IMG/VR virus record: IMGVR_UViG_3300021091_000027
Coordinates: 47,052 to 111,051 of that record
Direction: 5' to 3' (one strand)
Length of the DNA stretch: 64,000 nt
Source of the DNA: a virus
Part shown: positions 56,766 through 63,882 of the stretch, one piece after another
How positions within the stretch are numbered: position 1 is the stretch's first letter
Layout: every line of letters starts with the position of its first letter
Made by a program: the position numbers and the translations under genes
Notes under the pieces: generated by a model
Told to the model about the DNA's origin: nothing
Databases searched by the model: none
The model's input: the letters and a program-made list of their open reading frames with translations, nothing else

Positions 56766-58633
56766 TGACAGGATTTCCATTAAACGGTAATTTTGCACCT
56801 CAACGCAGGGCGTTGGCTCATGCAGACAATGTGCCCAGTCCGTTTCTGGACTATGCCTCACTGTATTTGCCTACAAACCTTAATGAAGCGTTTGAAATTG
56901 CCGAATTGATGTACTACAGCAATCGTACTTTTGCCCAGGCAATAGAGTACTTAGTTTCGTATTTCACAGGATGCGACATCAATATTATGGCTAAGGACGA
57001 AGAAAAGAGCCATGAATACAAAAAGTTTCTAATTGAAAAGATGGATATCAAGTCCACGATGTTCATGATAGGCAGGGATGTCAAGGTATATGGCAATAGC
57101 TGCATATCGGTACTGGCTCCATTCAAGAGATTTTTAACATGCCCCAATTGTGGCTCCAGCAGGCCTATACATTCTGTTGACTATAAATTTACTATGAATA
57201 ATGGATTCAGCTACCGCTGCGAGCATTGCGGTAAGCATTGCACAGTTAAGAATCCAGACGACAGGCCTACTTTGCAGGAAAATGAAATATATATAAAGCG
57301 CTGGAACATAAAAAACATACGTATAGTGGGGCACCAGTATGGAGGTAAACCTCAGTATTACTATGAAGTACCCACAGCTGACATTCAGCAATTGCAGGCT
57401 GGGAATAAAGTATTCCTAGAGAGCATACCTTGGGGAATAGTGCAATCGATAAGATCTGGAACCCTGTTTCAATTCAGCGAAGGTATGGTCCATCACTTTT
57501 CGATAGGAAATCTTAGCGATATAAAATTGGGGGAATGGGGACTCCCCCCTGTCATAGCCGGATTCAGAGACGCATACTTGGCACAAATACTAAAAAGAAA
57601 CAATGAAACCATAGCCCTAGACCACATGTTACCAATCAGGATGGTTACTCCTGCTCAAATTGGAGCTGGCGGAGATTTCATGAAGAGTATTAACATAGGA
57701 TCATTTGGACAACAAGTCATGCGCTCAGTGGAAAGGGCCAAAAAAGATCCTACCGGATGGCAGTGGCTGCCAATGCCTGTTAATTATCAGCTGATCGGAG
57801 GCGAGGGCAAGTCATTTGTTGTACCTCAGCTGTTAGAGCAGGCACAATCTGATTTCCTAAACGGAATAGGAATTCCAGTAGAGATGTACAGAAAGAATTT
57901 AAGTGTTCAGACTGCTCCGTTTGCGGCAAGGCTATTCGAAGCTGGAGAAGCTCACTTCTTACATGGGTTGCAGTCCACTTTGTCTTGGATAGTAGATAGA
58001 ATAAGTGCAATATTAAATTGGATCCCCTGCGAAACAGTGCTGACACGTCCTACCCATGCAGACGATATCGAGCGTCGAATGATGATGCTCCAGATGATGA
58101 TGCAAGGAATTGCTGCAGAGCAAGACGTCCTCAATCTATTTGGATTGAATTGGAAGGAAACTTTCAAGAAACGACAGCTCGAGCAAGAGTTCAAGATGCG
58201 AGAGGAGAAAGTCTATCAGGATCGTATGCAGAAGGCACAGGAGAACGAGCAGATACTGGCTGCTCCTCCTGGAGCAAACATTGCAGCACCTGGGCAGGTC
58301 GCAGGAGCAGGCGGGATGCCAGGAGGCCCAAACATCGGAGGCGCAGGCGGAATGCCTCCGGCTGCATCGATGCCTCCAAATGGAGTTGCAGGGCCTATGT
58401 CCGCGGGTCCAGGCAAAGATCTGGATAGTTTCTTTGCAGATGCGCAGGCCAGAGTTAATGAGATTATGGCAACAGCGCCACTGGGATCGTCACAAAGAAG
58501 GCAGATTCTGGACCAGATTAAGGCTCAAGATCCAAATCTACATGCAATAGTAAAATCCATGCTGGATCAGATAACTCAACAGGCTGCCAATCAAGGTAAG
58601 GAACAGTTAAGACAGCCTGCACCTGTTCAGTAA
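56765..58633 (+). CDS. Putative portal protein with a Zn-ribbon insertion
   Basis: 622 aa; PSPFLD N-terminus, D..VYGN, WGLPP and GIGIP.E portal-like pattern; CPNC...CEHC insert; Gly/Pro/Met-rich tail. Confidence 0.55.
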   Translation: MTGFPLNGNFAPQRRALAHADNVPSPFLDYASLYLPTNLNEAFEIAELMYYSNRTFAQAIEYLVSYFTGCDINIMAKDEEKSHEYKKFLIEKMDIKSTMFMIGRDVKVYGNSCISVLAPFKRFLTCPNCGSSRPIHSVDYKFTMNNGFSYRCEHCGKHCTVKNPDDRPTLQENEIYIKRWNIKNIRIVGHQYGGKPQYYYEVPTADIQQLQAGNKVFLESIPWGIVQSIRSGTLFQFSEGMVHHFSIGNLSDIKLGEWGLPPVIAGFRDAYLAQILKRNNETIALDHMLPIRMVTPAQIGAGGDFMKSINIGSFGQQVMRSVERAKKDPTGWQWLPMPVNYQLIGGEGKSFVVPQLLEQAQSDFLNGIGIPVEMYRKNLSVQTAPFAARLFEAGEAHFLHGLQSTLSWIVDRISAILNWIPCETVLTRPTHADDIERRMMMLQMMMQGIAAEQDVLNLFGLNWKETFKKRQLEQEFKMREEKVYQDRMQKAQENEQILAAPPGANIAAPGQVAGAGGMPGGPNIGGAGGMPPAASMPPNGVAGPMSAGPGKDLDSFFADAQARVNEIMATAPLGSSQRRQILDQIKAQDPNLHAIVKSMLDQITQQAANQGKEQLRQPAPVQ

Positions 58634-58682
58634 ATAAGCTAACGTTTAAAAAAGGAACAGCCCATTAAACCGGGCTGCTATT

Positions 58683-59081
58683 ATGCGATATTCATACCGA
58701 CTTAATAAAAGAAATTTAAAACTTCAAAAGAATTTTTTTAACGGCAAAGAATACGTATCTAAGAAGGACAACCGAGAAGTAAATATTGAAACTGCAGAAA
58801 ATGGAAATGTAATAATATCCGCTAAATTGCATCAAAACACCATTGCTAAAAAGATATTATGCCTTTATAATAATGAAGATGAAATATATGTGTCATATGC
58901 AGGCTGGAGAACAAAAACTACCTCAAGCGCCATTAAAGCATTGATACCGACTGATTGGGAATACTGTAGTGGAAGTGTCATAGCCCCCAGCGGAGCCAAG
59001 ATGTCCATACCACTATACGGATTTCTAAAATTAGTAGACCCTGTAAAAGCTCACAAAGAGTCCTGGATATCTGATATCTAA
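58683..59081 (+). CDS. Hypothetical phage protein (GW.T.TT motif)
   Basis: 132-aa ORF. Confidence 0.55.
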   Translation: MRYSYRLNKRNLKLQKNFFNGKEYVSKKDNREVNIETAENGNVIISAKLHQNTIAKKILCLYNNEDEIYVSYAGWRTKTTSSAIKALIPTDWEYCSGSVIAPSGAKMSIPLYGFLKLVDPVKAHKESWISDI

Positions 59082-59141
59082 AAAAAATTTCCATGCCTTT
59101 ATAGCATTGGCATTTTCTTACCGTTAGTATTGCTACTTACT

Positions 59142-59169
59142 AAGAAACGCAAATCCTGCGTTTCTTTTT
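59142..59169 (+). terminator. Intrinsic terminator
   Basis: AAGAAACGCA/TGCGTTTCTT followed by a T-run. Confidence 0.6.
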
Positions 59170-59270
59170 AGCTATTAAGCCACATTAAAAGTACAATTAT
59201 ATGACTTAAAATTTTTAAATATTTTAAACTTAAATTTGCATGTAGGTCAAAGATATCGGATGTTTATATC

Positions 59271-60011
59271 ATGAAAACTTTGCATAAAAATTTAATTAAT
59301 TTTAGTATATACATACTGGCTGCTTTTGTTTTGCTTTGGACTGGGTGCGCCACCTGCGAAACAACTATAAACCCTGTAAAAGTTCAAGAATATAAACCTT
59401 CCTATTTAAAAGGGTTTACATTAATTACAGACAGTGAAATGCCTGCTGTGGGTCGCATTACTGATTACGATGGTAGGTTAATTGGAAGCGCAACTCTTTT
59501 AGACTCACACCATATACTTACGGCAGGACATGTAGTAGATGATTCAGAATTCCATTGGTTTGAAACTAATGGAATGCGGTACTGCATAGATAGCATTACA
59601 CTTCCCCCTCTATTTAAAATAGGCTCTATTTATATTCTTGATGCTGCTATAGCTAAACTATATGAACCGTGTTTAGAGGAGCCTATGCAGATCTGCACTA
59701 AAGATCTAGTTCGAGGAGAGTCTCTTACAGTCGTGGGTCACGGGGGAAAATACAGAAAGAAAAGCGACCTTAACACTTTTTGCTACTACGGTACTTTAAA
59801 AGAAGACCCTTTTTATATCAAAATGCTTTGCTACAAAGGAACTATCTGGTATGGCGATTCTGGCGGTCCAGTTTTAAATCAAAATAATGAAATAGTCGGA
59901 ATTGTTTCTTCAATAGGCTTTATGCGAGGAGTCTTATATGAAAACTCCGCTACAAAAATAGAACGTATTGCCCCTTGGATAATTTTAGTACTTAAAAAAC
60001 CAGACCAGTAA
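59271..60011 (+). CDS. Trypsin-like (S1) serine protease, predicted lipoprotein
   Basis: Catalytic triad motifs LTAGHV, DAAI and GDSGGP; hydrophobic signal ending in a lipobox-like LWTGC. Confidence 0.85.
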   Translation: MKTLHKNLINFSIYILAAFVLLWTGCATCETTINPVKVQEYKPSYLKGFTLITDSEMPAVGRITDYDGRLIGSATLLDSHHILTAGHVVDDSEFHWFETNGMRYCIDSITLPPLFKIGSIYILDAAIAKLYEPCLEEPMQICTKDLVRGESLTVVGHGGKYRKKSDLNTFCYYGTLKEDPFYIKMLCYKGTIWYGDSGGPVLNQNNEIVGIVSSIGFMRGVLYENSATKIERIAPWIILVLKKPDQ

Positions 60012-60147
60012 ACGCTATTCCTTAGTAGCGCTGAGGGTGTAAAAATACCCCCTGTTTGTGTTATACATACATGCAGGATCTATAGGTATTCCAATAACTC
60101 TGTTGGACCACCAAAACAATGTAGATCCTTCAAGAAAGAGGAAACAC

Positions 60148-60684
60148 ATGAGTAACGACGTTACTGAAGATTCGCACCGGATCGCCTCGACGCTTGACCG
60201 CATGTTCCAACGTGCGGACTCGCTACCTGACAGTGCGGACCCCTGTACGGAGACTGCCTACCTATGGCATGGAACTCCATTCTCAGGACCCCACGGGTTG
60301 AATGTGCTGGATCATAAGTTGCCGATGACCTGCATCCGCAGTCTTGGCACGTACTCTCAGCTGGTGGAAGAAGGCGCTGATTCCGTAGTGGCGCTTCTTG
60401 GAGACCACGACATTCCATCTCAGTGGCACTGCAACTGGATATACCTTTGCGGCATAGGAGCCAGGAGATTTGTGGTTCAGTTCTTTACTCCAGGCTACGT
60501 GGAGAAGGTGGGCCGAGACGGGGATGAACCAATTCGCTTTCCTTACAAGATCGTTGGTCGGGGCTGGGTCACTGGTCTGCATGCCGGCACCAAGACTGAC
60601 GAAAAGATGTACGCGATCGTGTACAAGGAGGTAAACGATAAGCAGGTTACTGACTCCAAGGGTGGAAAGGACCCGGTGTCCTAA
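60148..60684 (+). CDS. Hypothetical protein
   Basis: ATG 60148 with GAGGA RBS, downstream of a promoter motif and leader hairpin. Confidence 0.6.
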   Translation: MSNDVTEDSHRIASTLDRMFQRADSLPDSADPCTETAYLWHGTPFSGPHGLNVLDHKLPMTCIRSLGTYSQLVEEGADSVVALLGDHDIPSQWHCNWIYLCGIGARRFVVQFFTPGYVEKVGRDGDEPIRFPYKIVGRGWVTGLHAGTKTDEKMYAIVYKEVNDKQVTDSKGGKDPVS

Positions 60685-60686
60685 GG

Positions 60687-60888
60687 ATAAGGGATTTAGG
60701 TCAGCCACGGGGCTGACCTTTTTTTAGGTATTAAATAGGGGGGTATTTTAAGGCCTAAAATAGGCCTCTATTTGAGGTATATATACATGAAGGAAAGGTA
60801 TAACTTTCAAACACACGTTTGAATACCTTTATTCCGTCGTGGTAAGCAGTTTTAAAAGTCTGCCCCATGCTGTAACAAAACTTGGAGA
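60687..60888 (+). repeat. ~200-bp regulatory cassette, copy 1 (terminator, promoter, structured leader, RBS)
   Basis: Near-identical to 61160-61364. Confidence 0.9.
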
Positions 60889-60895
60889 CAATCCC

Positions 60896-61150
60896 ATGCC
60901 GACAATCGGTAAAATTTTGGCAGTGATCGGAACGATCGCCATACTAATCGGAGCAATGCTTTTCCTCGTCTTCGCCGTCGAGATAGTCTTCTGGATCATC
61001 AATCAGGCCTTTCGCCTTGCCTACAGTGCCTACAGAGGCGCATGCCGGGAGGGGCGCAGGCTGATGAACTCAGTTAGAACCATCAAGACCGGCAAGTACG
61101 CCGGCCGCAAGGTCTATACCGTTAGCGATGGTGTCGAAGTCCTTGCATGA
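60896..61150 (+). CDS. 84-aa membrane protein
   Basis: ATG 60896 after the cassette GGAG RBS; long hydrophobic N-terminus. Confidence 0.65.
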   Translation: MPTIGKILAVIGTIAILIGAMLFLVFAVEIVFWIINQAFRLAYSAYRGACREGRRLMNSVRTIKTGKYAGRKVYTVSDGVEVLA

Positions 61151-61159
61151 CGCCAAAGT

Positions 61160-61364
61160 ATAAGGGGTTTAGGTCAGCCACGGGGCTGACCTTTTTTTAG
61201 GTATTAAATAGGGGGGTGTCTCAAGGCCTAAAATAGGCCTCTATTTGTGCTATATATACATGATGGAAAGGCGTACCTTTCAAACACACGTTTGAACGCT
61301 TTTATTCGTCCGTCGTGGTAAGCAGTTTTAAAAGTCTGCCCCATGCCGTAATAAAACTTGGAGA
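61160..61364 (+). repeat. ~200-bp regulatory cassette, copy 2
   Basis: Near-identical to 60687-60888, with compensatory stem changes. Confidence 0.9.
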
Positions 61365-61371
61365 TTTGGCC

Positions 61372-61446
61372 ATGAAAACTTACTGGGTTGTTAACGGAGT
61401 CGTCTACTGGACGTATTCTGAGGCCTTGGAAGCCATGAAAGGCTGA
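61372..61446 (+). CDS. 24-aa peptide MKTYWVVNGVVYWTYSEALEAMKG
   Basis: Same position relative to the cassette RBS as the 84-aa gene; followed by a terminator. Confidence 0.55.
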   Translation: MKTYWVVNGVVYWTYSEALEAMKG

Positions 61447-61451
61447 ACAAC

Positions 61452-61488
61452 GAAGGGCGGCTTAACAGCCGCCCTTCACTTTTTTTTT
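61452..61488 (+). terminator. Intrinsic terminator
   Basis: GAAGGGCGGC/GCCGCCCTTC followed by a T-run. Confidence 0.8.
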
Positions 61489-61564
61489 CAGTATTGAAAA
61501 TAATCATGTCAACAGTCATCAAATTTCTCATTTAAGTCATTATTTAACAATATAAGGAGTATAA

Positions 61565-61960
61565 ATGATAGACATTACGTATTCAAGAACCGGACTGCCG
61601 TGTATATGGGAGTCCGGCGGCGGTAGAACCAACTCCGGTCGCAGTCAAATAGTGTGCGATCGTAGCGGATTACCAATATCCCCCCTTTACATCAAACAAA
61701 GAGGCGTTTTGGCATGCGGTGAACACGCTCTTTTCCATGTGAAGCCCGGCACATATGTCATAGGGGCATCACGGCGTCACTCAGATTATGAAATATTAAT
61801 CTATGTAGTGGAAGACAATCCGGTTCGATTAAATCTAGTCTACTCATACTGCCAAGGAGAGTGGGCTTTAGATCCTCCTGCCGAATTGGAAGACGCCATA
61901 GAGGCAGCAAAAAGGAAGACGACAGAGTACCACTGCCGTCGACCAGTTTACTTCAAATAA
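61565..61960 (+). CDS. Hypothetical phage protein (WESGGG motif)
   Basis: 131 aa; TAAGGAG RBS. Confidence 0.7.
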   Translation: MIDITYSRTGLPCIWESGGGRTNSGRSQIVCDRSGLPISPLYIKQRGVLACGEHALFHVKPGTYVIGASRRHSDYEILIYVVEDNPVRLNLVYSYCQGEWALDPPAELEDAIEAAKRKTTEYHCRRPVYFK

Positions 61961-62067
61961 TGCCCTAAAATAAGGGTTAAAACGTGGTATAGATATATAC
62001 ACCGGTCCTATAGGTATTGCTGGGCGTTCCAGAGTACCCAATAGGCCACATTAAGGAGATAGTGTCA

Positions 62068-62568
62068 ATGAAGAAGACCCTTTTGTTCGTGTTGTCTGTG
62101 TTTCTCGCTATTGGACTACCGATGGTGCTGATCTGGGGAGCTTATCAGACTGCCGTTGCGGCGACAAATGCTCCAACAGTTCCGGCCATCCCGGTCGTCC
62201 TGGACTCAGGCGAACGCTGGTACGACCCATTCTCATGGGGATTGGATGAGGCTGCGGCAATCGCAACTCAACAGGCACAAGAAGCTGCCACCCGCACGAC
62301 TAAAGCCGTGACGACGTGGACTAGCAGTATGTTCCTGCTGACTGGCCTTCTGGTTACCATTGCAGTCGGTATTTGGAGTGGAGTTAGAGAGCAATCACAG
62401 CTCAAAAACTCCTGGCAGAAGTTTCGCATCGAGTCGTTAGGTGGTGAAATGACTTCTGGTTCAACTCCAAATCAAGTTCCTCCTAATTCGGAAGACACCG
62501 ATACGGAAGAGCAAGACTCGGTAGTAGCTGGGAAGGCCGCAAAAAGCCATCCTAACCAGCGCCGCTGA
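62068..62568 (+). CDS. Two-TM membrane protein
   Basis: ATG 62068 after TAAGGAG; two hydrophobic helices. Confidence 0.7.
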   Translation: MKKTLLFVLSVFLAIGLPMVLIWGAYQTAVAATNAPTVPAIPVVLDSGERWYDPFSWGLDEAAAIATQQAQEAATRTTKAVTTWTSSMFLLTGLLVTIAVGIWSGVREQSQLKNSWQKFRIESLGGEMTSGSTPNQVPPNSEDTDTEEQDSVVAGKAAKSHPNQRR

Positions 62569-62587
62569 GCCTGAGGTCGCAGACAAA

Positions 62588-62624
62588 CCCGGGCGCCCTG
62601 TACAGGGCGCCCGGGCTCTCTTTT
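62588..62624 (+). terminator. GC-rich hairpin/terminator
   Basis: CCCGGGCGCCCTG-TA-CAGGGCGCCCGGG followed by CTCTCTTTT. Confidence 0.65.
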
Positions 62625-62635
62625 AACAAAACATT

Positions 62636-62712
62636 CTCGACTATGCGAGTATAAATAGGGTATTAAGCATAGTGCGTTCATATAAATCTACGAATTTATA
62701 CTGAGGTTACTC
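62636..62712 (+). ncRNA. Pistol self-cleaving ribozyme
   Basis: P1 CUCG/CGAG; loop ACUAUG pairs with CAUAGU (pseudoknot); UAAAUAG linker; P2 GGUA/UACU; UUAAG; conserved GCG; P3 hairpin; predicted G62706/U62707 cleavage site. Confidence 0.9.
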
Positions 62713-62849
62713 TAGTCACAGCTTGAGAGCTACGAAGAAGTGAAACAACTTCGATATGCTCTAGTTTCACAAGACTCATGACTAACTAGCAGATGTAGTT
62801 CAGGGTCCCTACCTCTGTTAGAATTGAGGAACAATATGAGACCTTACAT
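62713..62849 (+). ncRNA. Putative structured small RNA downstream of the pistol cleavage site
   Basis: Nested stems UAGUCA/UGACUA, AGAGC/GCUCU and CGAAG/CUUCG; 7-bp pseudoknot GUGAAAC/GUUUCAC; second domain AUGUAG/UUACAU, GGUC/GACC, CCUC/GAGG. Confidence 0.5.
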
Positions 62850-62851
62850 GG

Positions 62852-62887
62852 GCACACTGTGGGGAAACCCACAGTGTGCTTTTCTTT
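62852..62887 (+). terminator. Intrinsic terminator
   Basis: 12-bp stem GCACACTGTGGG/CCCACAGTGTGC, GAAA loop, TTTTCTTT. Confidence 0.85.
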
Positions 62888-63052
62888 GGCAGTAATCTTA
62901 TAGATTTACTTGAATCAACTAAGTTGCCGCCAAAAAGTTGCATACGTACCGATGTAACTAAAAAAATAAAGTATTAGCGGTACAAACACACACAGCATGT
63001 AGGTATTGCTGGGCGTTCCAGACTACTTATATGTGCATTTGGAGACAACAGC

Positions 63053-63841
63053 ATGAATATCGTTAGGAGTATTTTTTCAAACATTGTTTGTTTCGGCATT
63101 GGCGTCATGGTTGCAAGTTTTTATGCGGCTTCGTCGGCAGCTACGGCTTCGTCGGCAGCTACGGCTCCGTCAGCAGCTGCGGTTCCATCGGTGGCTGTGG
63201 TTCCATCGGTGGCTGTGGTTCCATCGGCAGCTGCGGTTCCATCGGTGGCTGCGGCTTCGTCAGCAGCTACGGCTCCGTCGGCAAATAAAACTTTGGCACC
63301 AATTCTGATGTTGCCTGATTCGAATACCCCTAAGATTCTTAATAGTCTTTCAGATCGAATCAGATCGGCAAATTCGGCAGTAAAACGCGCTGATGAGCGT
63401 TTGCAGTCACTGCAGGAAGATCAGAAAAAGTCGGTCAGCACTAGCCAGATTCTGACGGAACTAGTGCCCGTCTACTACGAAGAGGACTACTCAACTCTTT
63501 ACGCAGAGGCGAAAACAGCAGGAGTCGAAATGATTCCTCATTTTGGTAACACCATAAAAACGGCATACACTTTAGCCAATAAAGAGAATATGCCGGAAGT
63601 TCGCATTGTGAAAATTGCCAAGGTTACCCGCCTTGGCAGCGCCTTCACAGTGCAAGTCTTGGACCAGTCCACCTTACACCTACCAGAGTACGAAGACCTC
63701 ATCGAGTTTATCGCTACTAATGGTGGAAATTCTGAGACTTTGGAGATAATTCAGGTGGAACGCATAAATGATGAGCGCGAGCTTGAATCATTAGCGAACC
63801 CCACTTGGAGTCAGTTCTTCAAATGGTGGTGGAACAGCTGA
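63053..63841 (+). CDS. Membrane-anchored protein with Ala/Ser/Val repeats and a coiled coil
   Basis: GGAG RBS; N-terminal TM; 6-aa repeats; Trp-rich C-terminus. Confidence 0.7.
   Translation: MNIVRSIFSNIVCFGIGVMVASFYAASSAATASSAATAPSAAAVPSVAVVPSVAVVPSAAAVPSVAAASSAATAPSANKTLAPILMLPDSNTPKILNSLSDRIRSANSAVKRADERLQSLQEDQKKSVSTSQILTELVPVYYEEDYSTLYAEAKTAGVEMIPHFGNTIKTAYTLANKENMPEVRIVKIAKVTRLGSAFTVQVLDQSTLHLPEYEDLIEFIATNGGNSETLEIIQVERINDERELESLANPTWSQFFKWWWNS
63126..63282 (+). repeat. Imperfect 18-bp coding tandem repeat (about 8 units)
   Basis: TCGGCAGCTACGGCTTCG / TCGGTGGCTGTGGTTCCA-type units encoding SAATAS/SVAVVP. Confidence 0.85.
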
Positions 63842-63882
63842 GCAAGTACCAAGGTTGGGTGTCATCCATAAACACCATCTTT

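Noticed and set aside
60687-61364. Direct repeats considered as CRISPR repeats, IS ends or attC sites
   Set aside because: They are ~200 bp, contain terminator, promoter and RBS, and no transposase or integrase is in the window
62782-62832. Twister-like words (UAA...GGUCCC...GAGG)
   Set aside because: The AAGC of the twister L4 loop and a consistent P1/P2/pseudoknot pairing are missing
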